From contig CBFCYP010000002.1 of assembly GCA_965602185.1 (NCBI GenBank), positions 1-54,233 of the forward strand: a stretch of 54,233 bases of DNA, written 5' to 3'. Positions 1 to 9,606 of this stretch are shown here, one piece after another (position 1 is the first letter of the stretch; each line of letters opens with the position of its first letter). A model generated the notes under the pieces. The model saw nothing but the letters and a program-made list of their open reading frames with translations. It was not told the origin of the DNA and did not search any database. The DNA comes from an uncultured bacterium. GTDB taxonomy: Bacteria > Zixibacteria > MSB-5A5 > UBA10806. The position numbers and the translations under genes were made by a program.

Positions 1-183
1 ATTCTTGGAAAGGGCAGACGTTATGCCATTATCGCGGTTGCGGTTATATCCTCTATTGTCACCCCTCCGGATATTTTTTCCATGGCCATGATGGGCCTGC
101 CGCTTTATTTGCTTTTCGAAGCTTCTATAATAATTTTAAAAATTATCGGCAAAAGCGGAAAAGAACCCGAACTCGCCGGTTAG
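1..183 (+). CDS. tatC: Twin-arginine translocase subunit TatC, C-terminal fragment (5' end lies outside the window)
   Basis: Frame 1 is open from base 1 to TAG 181-183. The translation ILGKGRRYAIIAVAVISSIVTPPDIFSMAMMGLPLYLLFEASIII carries the TatC-type TPPD motif and terminal TM helices. Confidence 0.7.
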   Translation: MLGKGRRYAIIAVAVISSIVTPPDIFSMAMMGLPLYLLFEASIIILKIIGKSGKEPELAG

Positions 184-387
184 CCCTTGTTTAAACAATA
201 TGCCAAAACAGATCAAATGTCGGTATTGATTTTGCGTATTGTTAATTAGATTTGACATGGGGGATGATAAAATCAAAGTTTTAAGCCTTAAAATCTCAAA
301 GCCTGCCGATTTCATGCCAGTTGGAGCAATACCAGGAACATCTAAGCGTTTGATCGCTGTTAACTTAATAGGAATGGGGAGGTTTGT

Positions 388-3201
388 ATGAATTCGAGAT
401 CAATTACAACATTGGTAATCCTCCTGTCGTTAGTTTTTGCGGTGTCCGCTAACGCGCAATACTATTTTGGGCAGAACAAGATTCAGTATACCGATTTTGA
501 TTGGCAAGTGCTTACTACGGAACACTATAACGTCTATTTTTACCCGGAGGAAAAGGATATCGCGGAAGCCGCGGCTTATCTTGCCGAGGAATCGTATACA
601 TTTTTACAGGAGAAATTTAACCATACCATCGAAAACCGGGTGCCGATTATCATTTACAGCTCTCCCGTATTTTTCGAGCAAACCAATGTCATTCCGGGGA
701 TTTTACCTGAAAATGTGGCCGGTTTTACCGAATATTTCAAACAAAGAGTTGTGGTTCCATTTAATGGCTCTTATGCCGACTTCGCTCATGTGGTTAGACA
801 TGAATTAGTCCATGTTTTCACTATGCAAAAACTTGCCTATGTTACGAAAATGCATAGAAAAAATAACGTCGCGACTCCGCCTTTGTGGTTTATGGAGGGT
901 ATCGCCGAATACTGGTCTATCGGATGGGATAGCCAGGCGGATATGTTTATGCGGGATATGACCATATCGGGCCGGATAATATCAATCAACAACATGGGCA
1001 GCATTTCCGGTACTTTTCTGATGTATAAGGTGGGCCAATCCATAATGAAATATCTGGGTGAGACCTACGGTGATGATAAAATCACGGATTTATTCGACAA
1101 CTGGTGGAAAGGCAAACATTTTTCCGATAACATAAGAATTACATTTGGAAAAACTCTTACGGAAATCGGCAAAGAATGGGAATATTATCTTAAGAAAAAT
1201 TACTATCCCTACATAGAATATCAGGAATTGCCGGATCGAGTAGGAAAGAAATTAACGCATGACGGTTATAATCTGAAACCGACCATTTTCCTGAAAGACA
1301 CCAAAGACGGGCGCGAAGAATATATCGCCTTTCAGACTTACCGGCTCGGTTACTCCATGATAGCCGAAATGCCTTTTGAAGGCGAGAAAAAACGCTGTAA
1401 TACTCTCATAAAAGCCGGCCGATCGGAACAGTTTGAGTCTCTTCACATAACCGATTCCGGTCTTGATGCTAACGATGATGGTTTAATCGCTTTTGCCTCA
1501 AAAACCCAGGAAACTGACGCCCTTTACATTTATGATACAAAACGCGGTAAGGTTATTAAAAAGATCAAGAACAAAAAACTTGTTTCCATTTCATCCCCCT
1601 CTTGGGCTCCCGATCGCAGGCATATAGTATTTGAAGGGGTGGCCAAAGCCGGTATTTCGGATCTTTATTTAGTGGATATTGAAACCGACGAATTCAGGCA
1701 ACTTACAAACGATATCTACCTGGATATGACACCGTCTTTTTCTTACACAGACAGTTTATTGGCCTTTTCCTCGGATAGACAGGCGTACGGAGATAAGGGT
1801 TCCCGGAACCTCTTTTTATACAACCTCGAAACCGGAGAGATTACCAGGTTGACCTCGGGCAATCATATCGACGAATCGCCGAGCTGGACGAGGACCGGTG
1901 ATCGCTTGATTTTCACGTCGGACCGTAACGGGAGCATGAACCTGTATGTACTGAACGATGTAACCAACGGTTCTCGGAGTATTATGCAGCTGACGGACAT
2001 CGTGACCGGCATTTTTGATCCGGTGGTGGCCAATTACGATTCCACCATAGTTTTTTCGGCGTATCAGAACTTCGGTTTTCATATTTATAAAATGGATTTT
2101 CCGGATTCAGCGATCGTCCGGCTTGATGAACCGGATTATACCACGAAACACTGGCACCTGGCCGATTCCTGGTCATTTCCCAAGCTGACCGGTGAAACGA
2201 CTAAAGGTTCGGCAAAATATAAGACTCAGTTGTCTTTTGATATAGCTCAATCGACAGTCGCCTATGATGCCGTAATCGGAACTCTTGGCGGGCTGCAGTT
2301 CGCCCTGACCGATATACTCGGCAACCATCAATGGTATTTTCTGCTTTTCAACACGGCCAACACCAAAGGCTCCTTTTTAAAAAGCATGAATTTCGCGTCC
2401 ACATACCTCAATAAGACTAGAAGAATAAATTACGGCGCCGGAATATTTCATTTCTACAACGAGTATTCCGATGATTATTACAGTTTTGTCGACGAACGGA
2501 CTTACGGCGGATTATTGACCGCCAGTTATCCGATTTCCAGGTACAGGCGGATTGAAAGCGCGTTATACGTCCGCAAAATAGAGAAAAAGACGACGCTTTT
2601 TGATGACACCAACGCGACGACATCGACGCTAACCCTGTCCTATATCAAGGATACGTCTATCTGGGATCCCACCGGCCCTATCGATGGAACCAGGATAAAT
2701 ATCGGTACGGCGCAGTCGATAAATATGAAAGGACTGAAATATTTCAACAGCACCTACAATGTCGATTTCAGGAAATATTTCAGGCTGGGAGCCGCATCGG
2801 CATACGCCACTAGGCTCATGTATCTGCACTCCGTAGGCGAGGATCCGCAGCGGTATTATCTGGGAGGAAGCTGGTCGCTGCGGGGTTATCCGAGAAGGAG
2901 TTTTTACGGAAGGAACCTGCTTCTGATAAATAACGAACTGAGATTTCCGTTGGTGGACAACCTCATAATCGGTTTTCCCTTCGGAGCGTTGAGGTTTCAG
3001 GCCATTCGCGGCGCGATGTTTTTCGATGCCGGTAACGCCTGGGAGGATGATTATAGAGATCTCGTGGGAAGTTTCGGTTTCGGTTTCAGGGTGGCTCTGG
3101 GATATGTTACTGTTTTAAGATTTGACTTTGCGAGGAAAACGGACTTTAGAAACGTATCGAACACATACGATTTCGATTTCTTTTTCGGGTGGAATTTTTA
3201 A
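388..3201 (+). CDS. Secreted outer-membrane protein: HExxH (gluzincin-like) N-domain, TolB/PD40-type beta-propeller and C-terminal Omp85/BamA-family barrel
   Basis: GGGGAGG SD upstream of ATG 388. Signal peptide MNSRSITTLVILLSLVFAVSANA. HELVH at nt 799-813 with WFMEGIAEYW 28 aa downstream. PD40-like repeats (PSWAPDRRHIVFEG, PSWTRTGDRLIFTSDRNGSMNLYV). Omp85 barrel motifs (YYLGGSWSLRGYP, NNELRFPL, FFDAGNAW) and a terminal aromatic residue (GWNF). Confidence 0.75.
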   Translation: MNSRSITTLVILLSLVFAVSANAQYYFGQNKIQYTDFDWQVLTTEHYNVYFYPEEKDIAEAAAYLAEESYTFLQEKFNHTIENRVPIIIYSSPVFFEQTNVIPGILPENVAGFTEYFKQRVVVPFNGSYADFAHVVRHELVHVFTMQKLAYVTKMHRKNNVATPPLWFMEGIAEYWSIGWDSQADMFMRDMTISGRIISINNMGSISGTFLMYKVGQSIMKYLGETYGDDKITDLFDNWWKGKHFSDNIRITFGKTLTEIGKEWEYYLKKNYYPYIEYQELPDRVGKKLTHDGYNLKPTIFLKDTKDGREEYIAFQTYRLGYSMIAEMPFEGEKKRCNTLIKAGRSEQFESLHITDSGLDANDDGLIAFASKTQETDALYIYDTKRGKVIKKIKNKKLVSISSPSWAPDRRHIVFEGVAKAGISDLYLVDIETDEFRQLTNDIYLDMTPSFSYTDSLLAFSSDRQAYGDKGSRNLFLYNLETGEITRLTSGNHIDESPSWTRTGDRLIFTSDRNGSMNLYVLNDVTNGSRSIMQLTDIVTGIFDPVVANYDSTIVFSAYQNFGFHIYKMDFPDSAIVRLDEPDYTTKHWHLADSWSFPKLTGETTKGSAKYKTQLSFDIAQSTVAYDAVIGTLGGLQFALTDILGNHQWYFLLFNTANTKGSFLKSMNFASTYLNKTRRINYGAGIFHFYNEYSDDYYSFVDERTYGGLLTASYPISRYRRIESALYVRKIEKKTTLFDDTNATTSTLTLSYIKDTSIWDPTGPIDGTRINIGTAQSINMKGLKYFNSTYNVDFRKYFRLGAASAYATRLMYLHSVGEDPQRYYLGGSWSLRGYPRRSFYGRNLLLINNELRFPLVDNLIIGFPFGALRFQAIRGAMFFDAGNAWEDDYRDLVGSFGFGFRVALGYVTVLRFDFARKTDFRNVSNTYDFDFFFGWNF

Positions 3202-4331
3202 GGAAAAACTTTTCCTGGTTGCTCCTGGGGGGAGCAATTGTCGCCGGTTGCGGCCAACCACCTCCAATTATCATAGATAGCGCGGATTCGGACTGCGCGT
3301 GGAATCAAGGAGGGGGAAACTTCAATCGGGCGTCGTATATTTCGCTGGTATCCTCGGATATTACCGAACCCTTATGGACCAGGACCTTCAAGAGAGAATT
3401 AAGTATAGAACCTACGGCGGTTTACGGCAAAATCCTCATCCCCACTACCGATAGAAGACTGCATATAATATCCAATATTGACGGTTCCCGGCTGCTGGAG
3501 AAAAAGTATAAAAACGCTATTGTTGCCCCGGTTATAATATCGGATTCCCTTGCCGTTTTGCTGGTGGACGGCGAAAAGCTTGTTGTCGAAAATTGGATTA
3601 TTCATCGGACCATATGGGAGGCCGAACTTGGCGGCTCGTTTATCGAACCGCTGGTAATGGACGGTAATATTTATTGGATTGACGGCAAAAATCTCCTTCG
3701 CTGCTATAGCCTGGAAGACGGAGTCAGAATCTGGGATCGCAAACTCGACGTCCATTTCAGCTGTACCATTACAGGGTCATCCGAGGGCGTTTTTTTAGCC
3801 GGCGATAACGGAATAATCTATTGCTATGAGAAGAGTTCCGGACAGCCAAAATGGTGTTACGATACCGGAAGCAGGATGCGAAATCCGCCCGTAATCGTAG
3901 AAGATCATCTTGTATTTTGCGGCGCCGAAGGTTCGGTCGGGAGACTGAACGCGGCGGATGGCTCGCCAGTCTGGAAAATCGATCTAAAATCGCCGATTAT
4001 AGCCCCGTTGGCTTCCGACGGTGAGGGCGTTTATATAGGTACAAACGACCGATATATATACCGGCTGGATTTTGAGTCCGGCGACGTGGAATGGAGGAGG
4101 AAAATAGGGGGTCCGGTGAAAGCCGGGCCGACTTTGACGGAAAATCTCGCCGTCTTCGTTAGTATTGATTATCGCGTGTATTTTGTCGATAAGATTAATG
4201 GTGGAATTCTTTACAGGTATAAAACCGATGGAATGCTGACAACGCGTCCCCTTGTCTGTGATGGGAAGATACTTATCGCCGGCGAGGATAGAAAATTGTA
4301 TTGCTTTGATATTACCGGGGAAGAGCGATAA
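3189..4331 (+). CDS. PQQ-like beta-propeller lipoprotein (BamB-like)
   Basis: The GTG start overlaps the upstream gene by 13 nt. Lipoprotein signal MEFLRKNFSWLLLGGAIVAG/C. Repeated PQQ-type motifs (GQPKWCYDTG, DGSPVWKIDL, SGDVEWRRKIG). Confidence 0.7.
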   Translation: MEFLRKNFSWLLLGGAIVAGCGQPPPIIIDSADSDCAWNQGGGNFNRASYISLVSSDITEPLWTRTFKRELSIEPTAVYGKILIPTTDRRLHIISNIDGSRLLEKKYKNAIVAPVIISDSLAVLLVDGEKLVVENWIIHRTIWEAELGGSFIEPLVMDGNIYWIDGKNLLRCYSLEDGVRIWDRKLDVHFSCTITGSSEGVFLAGDNGIIYCYEKSSGQPKWCYDTGSRMRNPPVIVEDHLVFCGAEGSVGRLNAADGSPVWKIDLKSPIIAPLASDGEGVYIGTNDRYIYRLDFESGDVEWRRKIGGPVKAGPTLTENLAVFVSIDYRVYFVDKINGGILYRYKTDGMLTTRPLVCDGKILIAGEDRKLYCFDITGEER

Positions 4332-6496
4332 TGGATATTAAAAAACTGAGTCATGAAATTCTTCGAGATCTGTACGGTGGTTCGCGCCGTCTTTCCATGT
4401 ATCCTCTGGGTCATCCTATCACCCAGGAGACATTGAAAAAGCCGCTGGATCTTTTAAATCAAATCTATTTATTCAAGCACAGTTTCAATATAGAGTTCTT
4501 CAAAGATAGGCTTCTGGCCGAGGGGATATTGCTCGATGATACCGTGTACGTATCGGGACTCGCCCTGGATATGAAAAAACATAAGCTCTCCAACATAGCG
4601 CTTTATTCGCATATTAAGATAGACGATCTATATCATTTGCTATCGATTCTAATTTCCAAACCGGTTCCTTTTGATGATGGAGTCGCTCAATCTCTGAAAT
4701 CAAAAAACGTCGGGAGCATTGCCGTAAATATCGAAAAATCACGCAATCTCTTCCATTTCGAGAATGTGGAACTGTCCGCGGGCCAATCCTCGAAGACGCT
4801 GGAGAAGAGAATTAATGGAATCCTATCGAAAAATCCCTCAATTATCTCCGCCTATTATATGGGTCGTATAAACGATGACGATGACATTTTAAAATATGTC
4901 AACGCTGATTTCCGTCTCGGATTTTTATCGAGGTTTTTCAAAGAATCACTGCTTTCATTACCTGGTGAAAACGCGAAAAAACTTTTGGAAGACACCGTAT
5001 TTTCAACAAACTGGCTTGACGATAGTATCGATACCAGGGCCATTGAAGGGTTGAAACGTTTGTTTAATGATTACCTGTCCCAGCAGGAAGATAACCGTGC
5101 TCTGAATGACATATATGGATTGTTTAAAAAAGTGGGCGCTCCCGAAATAGTAATGAACCGGATATTTGACCAATCAAGGGTACTGAAATTGAAAACCTTC
5201 CAGGACTCCGAAGAGATTATAAACACCTTGAAATTCTCCGATCCGTCTCAGATAGACTCCGAATACCTGAAAAAAACGGTTTTCAAACTTGCCTCAAGCG
5301 GGCAAAGAGAATACCTGTTTGATATTCTGGATCAACTCATAAATTCTTTATCCGGCCCAACAAAGGCTATAAGGCAGCAGGGGCTTCACCTGTTGACTAC
5401 CGCAAGCGAAGTCATATCCGGCGGCGGGTTTTTTGAAGAGTTCGCCTCACTTTGCAGATCGGCGGTAAGGCTGGCGTTATTTCCGGCGGATACGCTGGAG
5501 GCATCCGAATTGACCTGCAATCTGGCGTGGCAGGCATCGAAGAAGAAACGCTGGCAGGAATTGAAATTCCTGGCAAGGATGCTGAAGGGGATTACGTCGG
5601 ATAATATGCAACCGGAAAGTAAAAGGGAATTTGTTGCCATGCGGCTTCTGGAAATTAGCGAATCGAATCTGCTGTCTGAAGTTATATCAGATTTTCTTAA
5701 AAACAATTGGTCCGAAGAATCAGGAGATTTCCTGGAGGCGATAAGCAATCTGGGTTCCAAGAAAGTAATACAGATACTGGTCGAACAAATCACAGATCCG
5801 GATATCAATATAAGGTCGCGGATTATTAAAATATTGATAAGCATGAGAGATGATTCCGCGGAGACAATATCGCAGATGCTTTCCGAGGAGGTGGAACGCT
5901 ATAAGGGGGATAGATTAGATGAAGAGAAATGGTATTTTCTCAGAAATATCCTGCGTGTTTTAAAAGAAGTTTGCGCGGAAGAGGCGTTACCGAGCCTGGA
6001 AATCATGTCCGCCTGGCCTGATAATCGTCTGAAACTTGAAATAATCAAGACTTTGGAGGGAATGCCGGTTGAAGGTTCAGCAAAACTTCTGGAAAAATTG
6101 TCCTTAGACGAAGAATATGAGATAAGAAAAGGAGCCGTGATCGCCATGGGTCTTAGCGGACATCCCGATATGATCCCAAAGCTGAAATCGATTATAGAGA
6201 GATCGCCCGATTGTCGGATTCTGGCAATCGCATCCCTGGGAAGAATCGGAGGCCCCCTAGCCCGCGATATGCTCCTTGATCTTTTTGAAAACGAGGAATT
6301 TTATAAGATTCAAGGCTTATCCAAAAGAGATATCGAAGAAATACGTGTTGCTATCATAAAGGCCTTATCCAGGATAGGGGACCAGATTTCAATGCGAAAA
6401 TTAGAGGAATACTCCAGAAAAAACTTCGACAAATCCCTTTTTAAAAAGGACATGCTCTCTAATACCGCCAAGTTTGTACTCGGTCTTAAAAAATAA
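4331..6496 (+). CDS. HEAT-repeat protein, 721 aa, no signal peptide or TM helix seen
   Basis: The ATG overlaps the upstream TAA by 1 nt. The C-terminal half has HEAT/PBS-lyase-like repeats (DPDINIRSRIIKILISMRD; EYEIRKGAVIAMGLSGHPDMIPKLKSII; ILAIASLGRIGGPLARDMLLDLF). Confidence 0.65.
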   Translation: MDIKKLSHEILRDLYGGSRRLSMYPLGHPITQETLKKPLDLLNQIYLFKHSFNIEFFKDRLLAEGILLDDTVYVSGLALDMKKHKLSNIALYSHIKIDDLYHLLSILISKPVPFDDGVAQSLKSKNVGSIAVNIEKSRNLFHFENVELSAGQSSKTLEKRINGILSKNPSIISAYYMGRINDDDDILKYVNADFRLGFLSRFFKESLLSLPGENAKKLLEDTVFSTNWLDDSIDTRAIEGLKRLFNDYLSQQEDNRALNDIYGLFKKVGAPEIVMNRIFDQSRVLKLKTFQDSEEIINTLKFSDPSQIDSEYLKKTVFKLASSGQREYLFDILDQLINSLSGPTKAIRQQGLHLLTTASEVISGGGFFEEFASLCRSAVRLALFPADTLEASELTCNLAWQASKKKRWQELKFLARMLKGITSDNMQPESKREFVAMRLLEISESNLLSEVISDFLKNNWSEESGDFLEAISNLGSKKVIQILVEQITDPDINIRSRIIKILISMRDDSAETISQMLSEEVERYKGDRLDEEKWYFLRNILRVLKEVCAEEALPSLEIMSAWPDNRLKLEIIKTLEGMPVEGSAKLLEKLSLDEEYEIRKGAVIAMGLSGHPDMIPKLKSIIERSPDCRILAIASLGRIGGPLARDMLLDLFENEEFYKIQGLSKRDIEEIRVAIIKALSRIGDQISMRKLEEYSRKNFDKSLFKKDMLSNTAKFVLGLKK

Positions 6497-6499
6497 GTA

Positions 6500-6566
6500 G
6501 CTGTCGAAATGGCAGATATATGACAATAAGGCATTTAGAGTTGCCATTATGACAGCCCTGTTTTTT
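6500..6566 (+). terminator. Candidate intrinsic terminator after the HEAT-repeat gene
   Basis: Interrupted hairpin GCTGTC-gaa-ATGGCA ... TGCCAT-tat-GACAGC with a 27-nt loop, followed by CCTGTTTTTT. Confidence 0.45.
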
Positions 6567-6705
6567 ATTTAACAAATTTTAATTCTGCCCTTAAAATTTT
6601 ATCTTATTATTCAATATAGTCTTACAGGCTTAAAGACGTTTTTGGCAAGCCGTTTGATATATTGATAAACGAACTTGAAAACCAAATGGAAAAAGGAGGA
6701 TTGAA

Positions 6706-7089
6706 ATGATAAGGTTCGATTTAATACCGCAGATGGCGGCGATGGTTGAGAGAAAGGCTTGTCTTGCGATGCCGAACGTTGACATCAGCGAAAACGAAGA
6801 CGGTTACAGGCTGAACTTCGAGATTCCCGGTATGATGAAAGACGACGTCAAGATCTGGGTTGAGAATGATATTCTAATCATTTCCGGCGAGAAGAAAAGC
6901 GACTTCGGTAAGGACGAAGTCACGGTACATTCTGAAAGAAGCTATGGCAAGTTCGAGCGCTCTTTCAGACTGCCGAAAAACGCCGACAAGGAAAAAGTCC
7001 GGGCCGAATTCGTAAACGGATTGCTTGAAGTGGTTATTCCCAAAACCGAGGAAGCCAAACCGAAGCAAATCGAAATCAAAGTCAAATAG
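6706..7089 (+). CDS. Hsp20/alpha-crystallin family small heat-shock protein
   Basis: AAGGAGG SD 6 nt upstream. The alpha-crystallin domain pattern is present: DISENEDGYRLNFEIPGMMKDDVKIWVENDILIISGEKK ... ERSYGKFERSFRLP ... AEFVNGLLEVVIPK. Confidence 0.9.
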   Translation: MIRFDLIPQMAAMVERKACLAMPNVDISENEDGYRLNFEIPGMMKDDVKIWVENDILIISGEKKSDFGKDEVTVHSERSYGKFERSFRLPKNADKEKVRAEFVNGLLEVVIPKTEEAKPKQIEIKVK

Positions 7090-7114
7090 TCCATCAGACT
7101 CGGGCTTGCCCCGT

Positions 7115-7171
7115 GTCTCGCCCGGGCTCTTCAATCTCTGCAAGGGGAAGATCGGAGGGTTCGGGCGAGAC
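7115..7171 (+). promoter_or_regulatory. Long GC-rich RNA hairpin in the hsp20-dnaK spacer (function unknown; no U-tract)
   Basis: Perfect 10-bp inverted repeat GTCTCGCCCG (7115-7124) / CGGGCGAGAC (7162-7171). It can be extended inward by two G-U pairs and by CTCTTC/GGAGGG pairing. Confidence 0.35.
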
Positions 7172-7205
7172 CGGTTCTGATTACGGATGCGGAGAAAAAG
7201 CGATA

Positions 7206-7316
7206 ATGATGTTGACAACGGCGGCAATAACAGGAATTACGATAATAACCGCGGTTTTAATCTTCAAATACCTTCATGGATTAAAACCGGTAAGGATTTT
7301 TAAGAAGAGAAAATAA
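7206..7316 (+). CDS. Possible 36-aa single-TM micropeptide immediately upstream of dnaK
   Basis: ATG 7206 preceded by GGAG. Translation MMLTTAAITGITIITAVLIFKYLHGLKPVRIFKKRK has a hydrophobic helix and a basic tail. Its TAA (7314-7316) abuts the dnaK AAGGAGG SD. Support is ORF plus composition only. Confidence 0.3.
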   Translation: MMLTTAAITGITIITAVLIFKYLHGLKPVRIFKKRK

Positions 7317-7330
7317 AGGAGGAATGATAA

Positions 7331-9241
7331 ATGTCTAAAGTAATAGGAATAGATCTGGGTACTACCAACTCGTGCGTCGCGGTAATGGAAGGCGGCGATT
7401 CGGTGGTTATCCCCAATTCCGAAGGCGGCCGCACGACACCGTCGGTGGTGGCCGTAAATAAAAACGACGAAAGATTAGTGGGGCAAGTGGCCAAACGCCA
7501 GGCTGTTTCCAATCCCACGGAAACGATCTTTTCAGTCAAGCGTTTTATGGGAAGGCTGTTCAATGAGGTGACCTCGGAGATAAAAAATTTCCCCTACAAA
7601 GTGAAATCCGGGAAAAACGGTGTCGTAGAAATCGAAATGGGTGGGAAAGCGAATACTCCTCCGGAGATCTCGGCCATGGTTCTTCAGAAACTCAAACAGA
7701 CGGCCGAAGATTATCTGGGTCAAAAGGTAACCAAAGCGGTAGTGACCGTTCCGGCTTATTTCAACGACGCCCAGAGAAAGGCGACCAAGGACGCCGGCAA
7801 GATTGCTGGGTTGGAGGTCTTAAGAATCATAAATGAACCGACAGCCGCGTCATTGGCGTACGGACTCGACAAGAAAAAAGATCAGAAAATAGCAGTGTAC
7901 GATCTGGGTGGCGGCACATTTGACATCTCCATACTTGAGATTGGCGACGGAGTTTTCGAGGTTCGCTCCACCAACGGCGATACCCACCTGGGCGGTGACG
8001 ATTTCGATAAAAGGATTATAGACTGGCTGGTTGATGAATTCAAAAAGTCCGATGGTATAGATCTTTCGAAGGACCCTATGGCTATCCAGAGATTGAGGGA
8101 AGCGGCGGAGAAAGCCAAAATCGAGCTTTCCAGTACATCGGAGACGTCGATAAACCTGCCTTTTGTCACCGCCGATCAGAACGGCCCGAAACATCTGAAT
8201 CTCAACCTAACCAGGGCAAAATATGAGCAGTTGGTTGATGATCTGGTCGAAAGGACCGTCGAGCCCTGCAAAAAAGCCCTCCACGATGCCAAACTGTCTG
8301 CCTCCGAAATAGATGAGGTAATACTCGTCGGCGGCATGACCAGGATGCCGAAGGTGCAGGAGACGGTGAAAAAGCTGTTCGGCAAAGAGCCGCATAAGGG
8401 CGTGAATCCTGATGAGGTGGTAGCTATCGGTGCGGCCATTCAGGGCGGCGTCCTTGCGGGCGACGTGAAGGACGTTCTTCTTTTAGATGTGACTCCCTTG
8501 TCGCTGGGTATTGAAACACTGGGAGGAGTGTTTACCAGGCTGATCGAGCGCAACACCACCATCCCTACCAGGAAATCGGAGATTTTCTCCACCGCCGCCG
8601 ATAATCAAACCTCGGTGGAGGTTCATGTGCTCCAGGGCGAACGTGAGATGGCGGTGAATGATAAGACCATCGGCAGATTTCATCTCGACGGTCTACCGCC
8701 GGCGCCCCGGGGAATGCCCCAGATCGAAGTGACTTTTGATATCGACGCTAATGGAATTCTAAATGTTTCGGCAAAGGATAAGGCTACCGGCAAAGAGCAG
8801 TCTATCAGAATCGAGGCGACGTCAGGATTATCGGAGCAGGATATCGATAAGATGGTTAAGGATGCCGAGGCGAACGCATCGGTAGATAAAGAAAGGCGAG
8901 AGGGAATAGATCTTAAAAACCGCTCCGACCAGGAAATCTACCAGGCCGAAAAACAGCTCAAGGAGTTCGAGGGAAAAATAGACGCTGACTCGAAAGCAAA
9001 AGTTGAAGCGGCTATAGAACGATTGAAAGATGCCGTTAAAAAGGAAAATACCGAGGAAATGAAATCCGCGTCCGAGGCCTTAACATCAATCTGGCACGAA
9101 ATTTCGGCGAAATTGTATCAGCAGCAGGCTTCAGCTCAGAGTAGTGGCGGTAATGGAGATGGAGAACCGTCCCAGCAAGCGGATGAGAAGAAAGAAAAAG
9201 ACGCCGTGGACGCCGATTTTGAGGTCGTTGATGACAAATAG
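7331..9241 (+). CDS. dnaK: Molecular chaperone DnaK (Hsp70)
   Basis: Hsp70 signatures [25 protein letters not shown] and [13 protein letters not shown] are present. AAGGAGG SD. Confidence 0.98.
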   Translation: MSKVIGIDLGTTNSCVAVMEGGDSVVIPNSEGGRTTPSVVAVNKNDERLVGQVAKRQAVSNPTETIFSVKRFMGRLFNEVTSEIKNFPYKVKSGKNGVVEIEMGGKANTPPEISAMVLQKLKQTAEDYLGQKVTKAVVTVPAYFNDAQRKATKDAGKIAGLEVLRIINEPTAASLAYGLDKKKDQKIAVYDLGGGTFDISILEIGDGVFEVRSTNGDTHLGGDDFDKRIIDWLVDEFKKSDGIDLSKDPMAIQRLREAAEKAKIELSSTSETSINLPFVTADQNGPKHLNLNLTRAKYEQLVDDLVERTVEPCKKALHDAKLSASEIDEVILVGGMTRMPKVQETVKKLFGKEPHKGVNPDEVVAIGAAIQGGVLAGDVKDVLLLDVTPLSLGIETLGGVFTRLIERNTTIPTRKSEIFSTAADNQTSVEVHVLQGEREMAVNDKTIGRFHLDGLPPAPRGMPQIEVTFDIDANGILNVSAKDKATGKEQSIRIEATSGLSEQDIDKMVKDAEANASVDKERREGIDLKNRSDQEIYQAEKQLKEFEGKIDADSKAKVEAAIERLKDAVKKENTEEMKSASEALTSIWHEISAKLYQQQASAQSSGGNGDGEPSQQADEKKEKDAVDADFEVVDDK

Positions 9242-9250
9242 GAGCCGGTA

Positions 9251-9469
9251 ATGCCTACTTACGAATTCAGATGTGTCGATTGCGGGCATTTATTCGAGAG
9301 ATTGCTTTCGATTTCCGATAATTCGAAACAGAAATGCCCGGTATGTGGAAACAACACGCAACGGCTGATCTCCTCTGGGGCCGGTCTGATTTTCAAGGGA
9401 AGCGGTTTCTATGTAAACGACTACCCCAAACCTCAAAAACCGAAAAAAGAAACCGGCGACACCATTTAG
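9251..9469 (+). CDS. FmdB-family zinc-ribbon protein
   Basis: MPTYEFRCVDCGHLFE ... KCPVCGN matches the FmdB CxxC...CxxC pattern. GGAG SD. Confidence 0.8.
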   Translation: MPTYEFRCVDCGHLFERLLSISDNSKQKCPVCGNNTQRLISSGAGLIFKGSGFYVNDYPKPQKPKKETGDTI

Positions 9470-9508
9470 AAGAATGTTTTTAGATAGGTAATTGCAGGAG
9501 TTGGTATG

Positions 9509-9550
9509 CGGTCCGGCCAGTATTTTCGATATTGCCGGGCCGTTTTTTTT
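9509..9550 (+). terminator. Intrinsic terminator between the zinc-ribbon gene and dnaJ
   Basis: 9-bp GC-rich stem CGGTCCGGC / GCCGGGCCG (one G-U pair) followed by T8 (9543-9550). Confidence 0.7.
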
Positions 9551-9606
9551 GAAAACATTGACGAATGGGGTAATAATAGATACCTTTAACAGGCAGAAAA
9601 TTGGCT

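Noticed and set aside
6643-6658. Sigma54-like element TGGCAAGCCGTTTGAT upstream of hsp20
   Set aside because: The -24 TGGCA is good, but the -12 element reads TTGA instead of TTGC, so the highly conserved C is missing. No enhancer-binding protein gene is nearby. A single near-match in 54 kb is not convincing.
7113-7205. The first 31 codons of the 67-aa ORF 7113-7316
   Set aside because: They begin at a GTG with no SD and coincide with the long GC-rich hairpin. The translation (SRPGSSISARGRSEGSGETGSDYG) looks like translated structured RNA. Only the 3' hydrophobic part is kept, as a low-confidence micropeptide.
6497-7330. Search for a CIRCE (TTAGCACTC-N9-GAGTGCTAA) or other known heat-shock operator upstream of hsp20 and dnaK
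   Set aside because: No CIRCE-like inverted repeat was seen by eye. A CTTGAAA (sigma32 -35-like) motif sits only about 28 nt from the hsp20 ATG, which leaves no room for a -10 element and a leader.
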